Origin: Acutalibacteraceae bacterium
Lineage (GTDB): Bacteria > Bacillota > Clostridia > Oscillospirales > Acutalibacteraceae
NCBI GenBank assembly: GCA_045531495.1
Contig: JAZSED010000038.1
Coordinates: 1 to 56,215, forward strand
Length of the DNA: 56,215 nt
Direction: 5' to 3'
How positions within the stretch are numbered: position 1 is the stretch's first letter; the number at the start of each line of letters is the position of its first letter. Positions 1-8,017 of the stretch are shown piece by piece. The notes beneath the pieces were generated by a model. The model had not been told where the DNA came from. It did no database searches and worked only from the letters and a program-made list of their open reading frames with translations. The position numbers and the translations under genes were made by a program.

Positions 1-164
1 AGTCCCTTGTCACACAACCGTTTTAATACCGTATAGGTGGTGGACTTCTTCCATCCCAACAATTCTTCGCCGTATTTTGCAAGCGTCGCAGACGAAAGCG
101 GTTCGTTTTCCCAGATAATATCCGCAAAACGCGCTTCTATCTCGCCTAACTGCCAACCCGCCAT
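1..164 (-). CDS. BlaI/MecI/CopY-family transcriptional repressor, N-terminal part (gene runs off the left edge)
   Basis: Minus-strand ATG at 164-162 is preceded by a GGGGG RBS. Hand translation MAGWQLGEIEARFADIIWENEPLSSATLAKYGEELLGWKKSTTYTVLKRLCDKG looks like the winged-helix N-terminus of BlaI/MecI repressors. TACA/TGTA operators lie just upstream. Confidence 0.7.
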   Translation of the reverse strand, partial: MAGWQLGEIEARFADIIWENEPLSSATLAKYGEELLGWKKSTTYTVLKRLCDKG

Positions 165-180
165 ACGTACACCCCCTTTT

Positions 181-236
181 TTATTCTACAACTTGTAGAC
201 CAATTTTATTCTACAATATGTAGACCGTTTTGTCAA
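181..236 (-). promoter_or_regulatory. Autoregulated promoter with two tandem BlaI/MecI-type operators
   Basis: Two direct 21-nt copies of TTATTCTACAA(CT/TA)TGTAGACC lie at 181-201 and 206-226. Each contains the palindrome TCTACA-N3-TGTAGA. On the minus strand, TTGACA (236-231), a 17-nt spacer and TAGAAT (213-208) overlap operator 2. Confidence 0.65.
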
Positions 237-376
237 TAGGCGGGTTTTACATTTTTGCAAGGCGGTACACAGGCCTTCCTGCGATACATTTTTATGTCAT
301 TTGCAAAACGAATACATCCGTTCCCTACAAACCCATTCATCAATTCCACCCCGTAGAGAACGCCGCCTTCTGTCCC

Positions 377-410
377 CAAAAAAACAACCACCCGCCGTAC
401 GGCGGGTGGT
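377..410 (-). terminator. Rho-independent terminator candidate (for the DMT transporter transcript)
   Basis: 10-bp GC-rich stem ACCACCCGCC / GGCGGGTGGT (387-396 / 401-410) with loop GTAC. On the minus strand it is followed by TTGTTTTTTT. Confidence 0.55.
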
Positions 411-411
411 C

Positions 412-458
412 ATAGGGATAAAAATAGAGAAGATACACAAAACCCGTGTATCTTCTCT
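412..458. repeat. Hairpin repeat ATAGGGATAAAAAT-AGAGAAGATACAC-loop-GTGTATCTTCTCT (inverted copy at 22420-22466)
   Basis: The 13-bp stem and the ATAGGGATAAAAAT flank are both found again, reverse-complemented, at 22420-22466. Confidence 0.8.
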
Positions 459-482
459 TATTGTTTTGTAGACGTTTTTCAG

Positions 483-546
483 CCTTCCCCTTGAGGGGAA
501 GGGGTATTCCCCTGACAGGGGAAATGTCCGAAGGACAAAGGGGTGG
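483..546 (+). repeat. Two short GC hairpins plus tail (hairpin-tail repeat family member)
   Basis: CCTTCCCC-TTGA-GGGGAAGG lies at 483-502 and TTCCCCT-GAC-AGGGGAA at 507-523. They are followed by the tail TGTCCGAAGGACAAAGGGGTGG, which resembles the reverse complement of the 47841-47870 tail. Confidence 0.6.
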
Positions 547-596
547 CTGTCCTGCAAGGACCGCGTAGCGGTGGTTGAGGTGGGAAAGAACGCGTA

Positions 597-665
597 ACAC
601 CTCATCAGGCTCGCTTTGCTCGCCAGCTTCTCCTCAAGGAGAAGCCTTTTCCCTAATCCCTAACC
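597..665 (-). repeat. Hairpin-tail repeat, inverted copy of 55962-56027
   Basis: The first 54 nt (ACACCTCATCAGGCTCGCTTTGCTCGCCAGCTTCTCCTCAAGGAGAAGCCTTTT) are identical to the reverse complement of 55974-56027. A 3-nt indel follows, then 12 identical nt (TAATCCCTAACC). Hairpin GCTTCTCC-TCAA-GGAGAAGC lies at 626-645. Confidence 0.85.
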
Positions 666-691
666 ACAACTCCCTTACGGAGGGCTTTTCT

Positions 692-1642
692 TTATACGTC
701 AAATACACCGAGTACCACAATACCGACAGCGGTCAGTACGATACACAGATAATGCCACAAGGACAGTTTTTCTTTGAGGAAGATACGGCTCCACACAACG
801 CTCAATACGCAATAAGCGCAGATAATAGGCGCGGCAAGCGCGGCGTGTTCGGTATCTGCAAGTGCGTAAATATACGCAAACTGACCGATGGTTTCGCAAA
901 TGGCACCCACGTAACGCGGACGCGCCTGCTTGGGTCTTTGCAAATCCTTTTTAATAAGCAAATACAAGAAGCAAATCGCACCGATAGCAAAGAAGGTCAG
1001 CTCGTACGCCACGTTTGCGCTATCCTCGTTGAGCGCCTTACCAAAGCCCTGCCAAATAGCGGGCAGGTCAGCGGGATCGGCAAGCACCAGGCTGTCCGCG
1101 AAGGTGCCCAGCGCATCCAAAAGACAATACGCAAGCGGTAAACAGATAGCCAGCCAGCTTTTGGCATATTTGCGGTTCGCCGCTTCCTGACGACGGGCGC
1201 GCAGGTCGGGGTCTTCGTTGCTTTCCACGATACCCAGACCGACAACACCGAGACACACACAAGCAAGTGCGCCAATCTGCCAGCCGTTCAGGGATGCGGT
1301 CATACCGGTCAACAGACAAATCACCGATACGAGCGCGCCGCTGCTGTTACAAATGGGCGAAGAAATGGACAGCTCGATATACCGCAGACCCATATAACCG
1401 AGAATCATCGAGAAGATGTACAAAAGGGATACAGGCAGGTACGCCAGCAGCACGTCCAGGTTAATTTCTACGCCGCCGATAAGAATTTCATACAAAGCGT
1501 GCAAGCCCATCACCGTACCGACCGCAACGGTCATACGCAGATGCGCGTGGCGGTCCTTCTCTGCCGAACAGCCGATTTTAGAGAACAGGTCAGAGCCCGA
1601 CCAACACAGCATTGCCGCTAAGGATAACCAGAACCATGTCAT
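692..1642 (-). CDS. DMT-superfamily (EamA-like) membrane transporter
   Basis: 316-aa ORF with about 10 hydrophobic segments in two halves. The N-terminus WFWLSLAAMLCWSGSDLFSK and the C-terminal half are EamA-like. Confidence 0.7.
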   Translation of the reverse strand: MTWFWLSLAAMLCWSGSDLFSKIGCSAEKDRHAHLRMTVAVGTVMGLHALYEILIGGVEINLDVLLAYLPVSLLYIFSMILGYMGLRYIELSISSPICNSSGALVSVICLLTGMTASLNGWQIGALACVCLGVVGLGIVESNEDPDLRARRQEAANRKYAKSWLAICLPLAYCLLDALGTFADSLVLADPADLPAIWQGFGKALNEDSANVAYELTFFAIGAICFLYLLIKKDLQRPKQARPRYVGAICETIGQFAYIYALADTEHAALAAPIICAYCVLSVVWSRIFLKEKLSLWHYLCIVLTAVGIVVLGVFDV

Positions 1643-1674
1643 AAAAAATCACTCCATAAAAAAGTATGGAGTGA
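1643..1674 (-). terminator. Rho-independent terminator after rubrerythrin
   Basis: Minus-strand stem TCACTCCATA / TATGGAGTGA (10 bp, 6-nt loop) is followed by T6. The T tract abuts the ATG of the next gene. Confidence 0.65.
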
Positions 1675-1703
1675 TTTTATCACTTTTTGGATATTCTTGT
1701 CAA

Positions 1704-2243
1704 TTAAAAATTTTTCGCAGGCTCTTCAAAGTACGCTTGCGGTTTTCCGCAAACAGGACAAACCTGGGGTGCGTCCTTGCCTACCGCCATGTGTCCGCAA
1801 TTGCGGCACACCCAAATGGCGTTTTCTTCCTGCTTTGAGAAAACAAGTCCCGTTTCGATGTTGGCAAGCAGATGGCGAAACCGCGATTCGTGGTCTTTTT
1901 CTATCAAAGCGACCTGCTCAAACTTTTTCGCGATGTGGTCAAAGCCCTCTTCCCTTGCCACCTCGGCAAAGGTGGGATACATAGAGGTAAATTCATACTT
2001 TTCGCCGTCTGCGGCATCCGACAGATTGCGGTCGGTGTCGGGATTGCCGTGTAACAGACGAAACCACATTTCTGCGTGTGCTTTTTCGTTATTAGCGGTC
2101 TCCTCGAATATGGCTGCTATCTGCTCATAGCCGTTTTTTCGGGCGACGTCCGCGTAAAACGTGTACTTGTTTCTCGCTTGCGACTCCCCTGCAAACGCGG
2201 CGGCTAGGTTGGCTTCGGTTTTACTGCCTTTCAGTTCGGGCAT
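1704..2243 (-). CDS. rbr: Rubrerythrin
   Basis: 179 aa. The ferritin-like N-terminus (EANLAAAFAGESQARNKY ... EKAHAEMW) plus the C-terminal rubredoxin motifs CRNCGH and CPVCG are characteristic. Confidence 0.9.
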   Translation of the reverse strand: MPELKGSKTEANLAAAFAGESQARNKYTFYADVARKNGYEQIAAIFEETANNEKAHAEMWFRLLHGNPDTDRNLSDAADGEKYEFTSMYPTFAEVAREEGFDHIAKKFEQVALIEKDHESRFRHLLANIETGLVFSKQEENAIWVCRNCGHMAVGKDAPQVCPVCGKPQAYFEEPAKNF

Positions 2244-2319
2244 GGCTATCTCTCCTTTTTTCGTTTGCTGTTAGTATAAACAAAGAGGGATGAGATATAC
2301 TACAAAACGAGGTGTTTTT

Positions 2320-2685
2320 ATGGATTTTATGATGTTGTTAAAGGCGTTTTTGGTGGGCGGTATGATATGCGTCATCGGACAACTGCTCATTGATTACACC
2401 CCAATGACCCCCGCGCGCATCTTGGTGATGTTTGTTACCCTCGGCGTCGCGCTCACCGCTGTGGGCGTGTATGAACCGCTTGTAAAATTCGCTTCGGCAG
2501 GTGCCACCGTACCCTTAACGGGATTTGGCTATACACTCGCCAAGGGTGTTAAGAAAGCGGTGGACAAAGACGGTGTTTTCGGCGTCCTGCAGGGCGGTCT
2601 TACCGCGGCGGCAGGCGGTATTGCCGCCACCGTTGTTTTCTCGTTTATCGCGGCGCTCTGTACCCGCTCGGGGGATAAATCGTAA
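2320..2685 (+). CDS. spoVAE: Stage V sporulation protein AE (SpoVAEb-type small membrane protein)
   Basis: FLVGGMICVIGQLLID, YEPLVKFASAGATVPLTGFGYTLAKG and GVLQGGL resemble SpoVAEb/SpoVAC family motifs. I moved the start to the ATG at 2320, which has a GAGGTG RBS 6 nt upstream. Confidence 0.8.
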   Translation: MDFMMLLKAFLVGGMICVIGQLLIDYTPMTPARILVMFVTLGVALTAVGVYEPLVKFASAGATVPLTGFGYTLAKGVKKAVDKDGVFGVLQGGLTAAAGGIAATVVFSFIAALCTRSGDKS

Positions 2686-2686
2686 C

Positions 2687-2722
2687 AAAAAGGAAGGTAC
2701 ACGGTGTACCTTCCTTTTGTTT
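2687..2722 (+). terminator. Rho-independent terminator after spoVAE
   Basis: Stem AGGAAGGTACA / TGTACCTTCCT is followed by TTTGTTT. Confidence 0.65.
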
Positions 2723-2732
2723 ACGTCATATC

Positions 2733-2816
2733 GCTTCTCCTTGCGGAGAAGCCAACGGCGGGAGCAAGCCCCCGCCCTACGGTACCATGCGATTGTTTCC
2801 GTAGGGGGTGTCCCGC
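2733..2816 (+). repeat. Hairpin-repeat family member with a different tail
   Basis: GCTTCTCC-TTGC-GGAGAAGC (2733-2752) has the same stem as the hairpins at 626 and 55979. Further hairpins follow: GGCGGG...CCCGCC and CTACGG...CCGTAG. Confidence 0.5.
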
Positions 2817-4151
2817 TTATACGGATTTCAGCAATAAAACGCTTCTCGGGGCGACGGGGAGGGTGTCACCGCTTTTTACGGTGGTGATTTTTTCCATGGT
2901 ATTGTCTTTATCCAACAAATACACGTCGTACTGTTTCGCACCATCTTCAAATTTGAAGGTCACGGGGCGTTTTTCGGTATCCAAATCGTCGTCGGTGTAG
3001 CAAGCAAGCATCAACGCGCTTTCTCCGTTGTCGCCCTTTGCGGCGGCGGCATACAGCTTATCCCCCGTGATATCAACACGCACGGAATTGCCGAGCGTAT
3101 ACAGCTCGTTGAACATTTTGAAGGGGTAATACCCTTTTAACGGGCGCAAGGTGTAAAAGTCAAACATACCGTTCCACGTGCACTGTACACGCGCATCATA
3201 GTACATCAGCATATCTAAAGGCCCTTGCTGGCTCCCCAGCATTGTAGCCGCGGTAAACGCCGCACCTTTTATCGAAATGATTTGTTCGATGCTGTACAGA
3301 TACGCATCGGTCCAATTTTTGACGTAGTTCCATTCGTTACAGATACTTTCGGTCTCCGTGTAGCCGTGTTTATCCAGCAACGCACGCCAATGGTGCATAC
3401 GGTTAAAGATCCATTCGGGGTCTTTGGCATACACGTGCCAGGAGAAGAAATCCAGCGGCACGTTATCCGCTTTCATCGCCGCCAAGAAATCGTCCGCCCA
3501 TTTTTCGCGGTGCGCAATGGCAGGACCGCCGATTTTTAAATGCGGAAAACAGCTTTTTAAGTGTTTTGCGGTGATGCGGAACAGGTCGTGGAACTCCTGT
3601 ATCGTGCCGCCCCACGTTGCCTGCCGTTCCTTCGGCTCGTCCGGCTCACGCAAATCGGGCTCGTTCCAGATCTCCCAATATTCGATGTCCCAATGAAAAC
3701 CGTCTGCCCAGCCTTCGGTATAGTGACGGATGATATGTTCACAAATTTCCGCCCATTTCTGAAAATCGGGGGGCGGCAAGGTGCCGTATTTTTTGGACTC
3801 GTGTTCAATTTTACTGCCCAAACGGTAGAAAACCTTCGCCCCGGCCTGCTGAATGGTGTCGCAATATTCGTCGGTCAGCTGAAAATCATACGATGCAGGG
3901 TCATTCACGTCCGCTTTAAAATTCGGGAAAATCATATGTACATCTACGATATGTGCACCGCCGTAGGAGGTACAAAAAGACGCATCGTGATTACGCGCGT
4001 ACGGAATACCCGCTTCCTTGAACTGCCAGAAGTTACTGCGCGCCATCGCCGCCGCTTGCTTCTCAATCGGTTTGGTGGGGCCGTTGTTTACCGCGTGCAT
4101 CGGCTTTACTGCGCCCACAACGTCGTTAAAATGTACTCGTACCGTATTCAT
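2817..4151 (-). CDS. Clan GH-A glycoside hydrolase (GH39-like), cytoplasmic
   Basis: YWEIWNEPDL matches a GH-A acid/base NEP motif and ICNEWNY a candidate nucleophile motif. No signal peptide is visible. I moved the start to the ATG at 4151 (MNTVRV), which has a GGAGAG RBS. Confidence 0.6.
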   Translation of the reverse strand: MNTVRVHFNDVVGAVKPMHAVNNGPTKPIEKQAAAMARSNFWQFKEAGIPYARNHDASFCTSYGGAHIVDVHMIFPNFKADVNDPASYDFQLTDEYCDTIQQAGAKVFYRLGSKIEHESKKYGTLPPPDFQKWAEICEHIIRHYTEGWADGFHWDIEYWEIWNEPDLREPDEPKERQATWGGTIQEFHDLFRITAKHLKSCFPHLKIGGPAIAHREKWADDFLAAMKADNVPLDFFSWHVYAKDPEWIFNRMHHWRALLDKHGYTETESICNEWNYVKNWTDAYLYSIEQIISIKGAAFTAATMLGSQQGPLDMLMYYDARVQCTWNGMFDFYTLRPLKGYYPFKMFNELYTLGNSVRVDITGDKLYAAAAKGDNGESALMLACYTDDDLDTEKRPVTFKFEDGAKQYDVYLLDKDNTMEKITTVKSGDTLPVAPRSVLLLKSV

Positions 4152-4359
4152 ATCACTCTCTCCTTTGAAATGAGCTTTATCTGTTTTCAGTATACCCCTC
4201 TTTCCCAACTTTGTAAATACAAAACGGGCAAACGAAAACAACAAAAATTTTTATCTGTCAGCAAAGGCGATTTCTCCCTGTTTAGGTAACGCACCGTATA
4301 ATTTTGCCATATATATACAAATAGTAATAGAAAAAATGCATAGAACGCGATGGCAGATA

Positions 4360-4388
4360 TTGCATTTTTGCGGAAAATCCTGTATACT
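4360..4388 (+). promoter_or_regulatory. Sigma-A-type promoter candidate for the GT2-GtrA-cysK unit
   Basis: TTGCAT (4360-4365), a 17-nt spacer and TATACT (4383-4388), with TG immediately upstream of the -10. Confidence 0.4.
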
Positions 4389-4423
4389 AGAAAGGTATAT
4401 AGTAATAAGAAGGACGGTATGGT

Positions 4424-5377
4424 ATGAAATTATCGGTAGTTGTCCCTTGCTACAACGAACAGGATAATATTGAGCCGTTGTTCCGCGCGGTGGAAAAGGC
4501 ATTTGCGGCATTGCCCGCGGCGGTGGATAAATACGAGCTGATTTTTGTCAACGACGGCAGTAAAGACGAGACGCGCGCGCGCCTGCTCTCTTTACACGCG
4601 GCGCACACAAAAACGGTGGCTGTTGTAGACTTTTCCCGCAATTTCGGTAAAGAAGCAGCGGTTTTGGCAGGACTGCGCCGTGCCGAGGGCGACCTTGTCG
4701 CCATTATGGATGCCGACCTGCAACAGCGACCTGAAGTGGTGGTGGAAATGGCGCAGTTTTTGTGCGATAACCCCGACACCGATATGGTGGCCGCCTATCA
4801 GGAAAACAGAATTGAGGGCAGGACCTTATCCTTCTTCAAAAAGATGTTTTATAAAATCATCAATTGGATGTGTGAAATCCCGTTCCGCAAAGATGCGTCG
4901 GATTTCCGCGCCTTCCGCAAGCCCGTACGGGACGCAATATTGTCTCTGCCCGAATATGACCGCTTTTCCAAAGGTATTTTCTCGTGGGTAGGCTTCCCCA
5001 CCCACTATATGCCGTACACCGCGGCACCGCGGCACACAGGCAAAACCACCTGGTCCTTTTTCAAGCTATTGAAATACGCGGTAACAGGTATCATTTCATA
5101 TACCACCACCCCTTTGCGCATTTCCACGTGGTTAGGGCTCGGCGTGTCCTTCATTTCGGTGGTGTATATGATAATTACCGTGGTACAAAAGCTGTGCTTC
5201 GGTGTGGACGTGCCCGGTTATGCCACCATTGTGGTGCTTATTCTGTTGCTCGGCGGTATTCAGCTGTTGATGCTGGGTGTAATGGGCGAATACCTTGCTA
5301 AAGCGTATATGCAGGGAAAGGGCAGACCCGTGTACATTGAACGGCAGTACTTGCCGACGGAGGATACGGATGCGTAA
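4424..5377 (+). CDS. GT2 polyprenyl-phosphate glycosyltransferase (GtrB-like) with two C-terminal TM helices
   Basis: LSVVVPCYNEQDNI, IFVNDGSKDET and IMDADLQ are GT2 motifs. The C-terminal hydrophobic pair is typical of GtrB/ArnC-like enzymes. Confidence 0.8.
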   Translation: MKLSVVVPCYNEQDNIEPLFRAVEKAFAALPAAVDKYELIFVNDGSKDETRARLLSLHAAHTKTVAVVDFSRNFGKEAAVLAGLRRAEGDLVAIMDADLQQRPEVVVEMAQFLCDNPDTDMVAAYQENRIEGRTLSFFKKMFYKIINWMCEIPFRKDASDFRAFRKPVRDAILSLPEYDRFSKGIFSWVGFPTHYMPYTAAPRHTGKTTWSFFKLLKYAVTGIISYTTTPLRISTWLGLGVSFISVVYMIITVVQKLCFGVDVPGYATIVVLILLLGGIQLLMLGVMGEYLAKAYMQGKGRPVYIERQYLPTEDTDA

Positions 5378-5756
5378 AGAGGTGTTACGGTATCTCATCG
5401 TGGGGGGACTTACCACCCTTGTGAGTATGATACTGTTTTACGGCAGTACGTGGACCTTTTTGGACGGCAACAACGCGTTGCAGTTGCAGGTAGCGAACGT
5501 GCTGTCTTGGATAGGCGCGGTGGCGTTTGCGTACGTGACCAACCGCCGTTTCGTGTTTGAAAGCAAAAACCCAAACATTCTTCGTGAGCTTACTTCGTTC
5601 GTCGGCTCGCGGGTAGCCACCTTACTGCTGGATATGGCGGTGATGTTCCTGCTTTCTACCGTTCTTTCGATAAACTATAATTTTTCCAAATTGGTCGCCA
5701 TGGTGTTGGTGACGGTGGGAAATTACGTAATCAGTAAACTTTTTGTTTTTAGGTGA
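5370..5756 (+). CDS. GtrA-family membrane protein
   Basis: The start MRKEVLRYLIVGGLTTLV, the motif NRRFVF and four TM segments fit the family. ATG at 5370 overlaps the upstream stop by 8 nt. Confidence 0.75.
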   Translation: MRKEVLRYLIVGGLTTLVSMILFYGSTWTFLDGNNALQLQVANVLSWIGAVAFAYVTNRRFVFESKNPNILRELTSFVGSRVATLLLDMAVMFLLSTVLSINYNFSKLVAMVLVTVGNYVISKLFVFR

Positions 5757-5760
5757 TAGT

Positions 5761-6690
5761 ATGATTTGCAATACCGTTTTAGAAGCACTTGGTAACACCC
5801 CCATTATCCGTTTGAACCGTATGGCGGATGCGGATATGGCGGAGATTCTTGTGAAATTTGAAGGCCTTAACGTCGGCGGTTCTATTAAAACCCGCACGGC
5901 GCTCAATATGATTATGGACGCGGAAGCGCGCGGTGTGATTACCAAGGACACCGTTATTGTTGAGCCCACCAGCGGCAACCAGGGCATCGGCCTTGCGCTT
6001 GTCGGCGCGGTACGCGGCTACCGCACGATTATCATTATGCCCGACTCGGTGTCCGAGGAACGCAGAAAGCTCGTTAACCAATACGGCGCAGAGGTGATTT
6101 TGGTACACGACGCGGGCAATATCGGCGCATGTATTGAAGAATGTCTTGAGCTGGCGCTCAAAATGCAACGCGAAGACGAGAACGTATTCGTGCCGCAGCA
6201 GTTTGAAAACCCCGCCAACGTGGAGATTCAGTATAAACAAACCGGCAAAGAAATTTTAGAGCAGGTCGGCGGTCCTGTGGACGGATTCTGCTCGGGTATC
6301 GGCACGGGCGGTACCATTACAGGCATCGGCACCGCACTGCGCGAAGCCAATCCCGCTATGACAATTTGGGCGGTTGAGCCCGAACACGCCGCTATTTTGT
6401 CGGGCGGCTCTATCGGCACCCACCTGCAAATGGGTATCGGCGACGGTATCATTCCCGCCATTCTCGATACCGAGATTTTTGACGACGTATGCATCATCGG
6501 TGACGAGGAAGCGTTACAAACCGCGAAAGATCTGGCGGCGAAGGAAGGTATCCTCTGCGGCATCTCCAGCGGTACCAACGTTGCCGCCGCTATCCGCTTA
6601 GCGAAAAAACTCGGCAAGGGTAAGCGCGTGGTAACCGTGTTGCCCGACACGGCGGAAAGATACTTCTCCACGCCCCTTTTCGAAAAATGA
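5761..6690 (+). CDS. cysK: Cysteine synthase A (O-acetylserine sulfhydrylase)
   Basis: LGNTPIIRLNR, KFEGLNVGGSIKTRTA, EPTSGNQGIGLA and GIGTGGTITG are PLP-dependent CysK/CysM motifs. Confidence 0.85.
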   Translation: MICNTVLEALGNTPIIRLNRMADADMAEILVKFEGLNVGGSIKTRTALNMIMDAEARGVITKDTVIVEPTSGNQGIGLALVGAVRGYRTIIIMPDSVSEERRKLVNQYGAEVILVHDAGNIGACIEECLELALKMQREDENVFVPQQFENPANVEIQYKQTGKEILEQVGGPVDGFCSGIGTGGTITGIGTALREANPAMTIWAVEPEHAAILSGGSIGTHLQMGIGDGIIPAILDTEIFDDVCIIGDEEALQTAKDLAAKEGILCGISSGTNVAAAIRLAKKLGKGKRVVTVLPDTAERYFSTPLFEK

Positions 6691-6709
6691 AAAAAATTTG
6701 TATATCCTA

Positions 6710-6738
6710 TTGATTTTCAAAAAAAATAGCAGTAAAAT
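6710..6738 (+). promoter_or_regulatory. Sigma-A-type promoter candidate
   Basis: TTGATT (6710-6715), a 17-nt spacer and TAAAAT (6733-6738), upstream of the CofE-like gene. Confidence 0.4.
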
Positions 6739-6803
6739 ATTTGCGTTAAAAAAACAGTCAAAAAAGCCGTTTTATCGGCTGGACATAGAAGGGAAAATGG
6801 TTT

Positions 6804-8003
6804 ATGGAACAAAAAGAACGTAGAGTAGGTACAGTGTCCCGCGGTATCCGTTGCCCCATTATTCGTGAAGGAGACGACCTGGCGAAAATCGTGACCGACA
6901 GCGTGTTGGAAGCGGCAGAATGCGAAGGCTTCGCATTGCGTGACAGAGACGTTATTTCGCTGACCGAATCCATCGTGGCGCGTGCGCAGGGCAACTACGC
7001 ATCGGTAGACGATATTGCGGCAGACGTGCGTGCAAAATTAGGCGGTGAGACCGTCGGTGTAATTTTCCCCATTCTTTCCCGTAACCGTTTTGCAATCTGC
7101 CTCAAGGGTATCGCCAGAGGCGCGAAAAAAATCGTATTGATGCTAAGCTACCCTTCCGATGAAGTGGGTAACCACTTGGCAACCTATGAGCTCATCGATG
7201 AAGCGGGTATTAATCCGTACTCCGACGTGCTTTCGCTGGAAAGATACCGCCAAGTGTTCGGCGTACAGAAATTGGAGTTCACGGGTGTTGACTACGTGCA
7301 GTATTATGCCGACCTCATTCGCGCGGAAGGTGCCGAGGTGGAAATCATCTTTGCTAACCAGGCAAAAGCCATTCTTGACTACACCGATTGCGTCTTAACC
7401 TGCGATATTCATACCCGCGAGCGCAGTAAGAGATTGCTCAAAGCCGCGGGTGCGAAGGTGGTTTGCGGTCTTGACGACATTTTGAACGCACCCGTAAACG
7501 GCAGCGGCTGTAATGAAAAGTACGGTTTGCTCGGCTCCAACAAATCCACCGAAGATAAAGTCAAACTGTTCCCGCGCGACTGCCAACAGCTGGTGTTGGA
7601 TATTCAGGCAAACATTTTGGCGGCAACAGGCAAGCACGTAGAGGTTATGGTGTACGGCGACGGCGCTTTTAAAGACCCCAAGGGTAAGATTTGGGAGCTG
7701 GCCGACCCGGTTGTATCCCCCGCCTTTACCGACGGCCTTATCGGTACACCGAATGAATTGAAGCTCAAATATTTAGCAGATAACGATTTCAAGGATTTGT
7801 CGGGTGACGCTTTGAAGGCCGCCATTTCCGAAAGCATTAAAGCGAAGGACGGTTCCCTTGTCGGCAATATGGCGGCACAGGGCACCACACCCCGCCAGCT
7901 TACCGACCTTATCGGTTCGCTGTGTGACCTGACTTCGGGCTCGGGCGATAAAGGTACCCCCGTTGTTTTGGTACAGGGCTACTTCGATAACTACACCAAC
8001 TAA
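6804..8003 (+). CDS. CofE-like (F420-0:gamma-glutamyl ligase family, COG1478-type) protein of unknown role
   Basis: 399 aa. The N-terminus ISLTESIVARAQG and the C-terminus DLIGSLCDLTSGSGDKGTPVVLVQGYF resemble CofE/FbiB N-domain motifs. Confidence 0.55.
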   Translation: MEQKERRVGTVSRGIRCPIIREGDDLAKIVTDSVLEAAECEGFALRDRDVISLTESIVARAQGNYASVDDIAADVRAKLGGETVGVIFPILSRNRFAICLKGIARGAKKIVLMLSYPSDEVGNHLATYELIDEAGINPYSDVLSLERYRQVFGVQKLEFTGVDYVQYYADLIRAEGAEVEIIFANQAKAILDYTDCVLTCDIHTRERSKRLLKAAGAKVVCGLDDILNAPVNGSGCNEKYGLLGSNKSTEDKVKLFPRDCQQLVLDIQANILAATGKHVEVMVYGDGAFKDPKGKIWELADPVVSPAFTDGLIGTPNELKLKYLADNDFKDLSGDALKAAISESIKAKDGSLVGNMAAQGTTPRQLTDLIGSLCDLTSGSGDKGTPVVLVQGYFDNYTN

Positions 8004-8017
8004 GGGGGATTAAAAAT

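Noticed and set aside
4290-4345. Possible degenerate copy of the 412-458 hairpin. The ORF-track peptides RVLCIFSI appear in both places.
   Set aside because: Nucleotide similarity is patchy and the stem does not pair well. It more likely belongs to the divergent promoter region.
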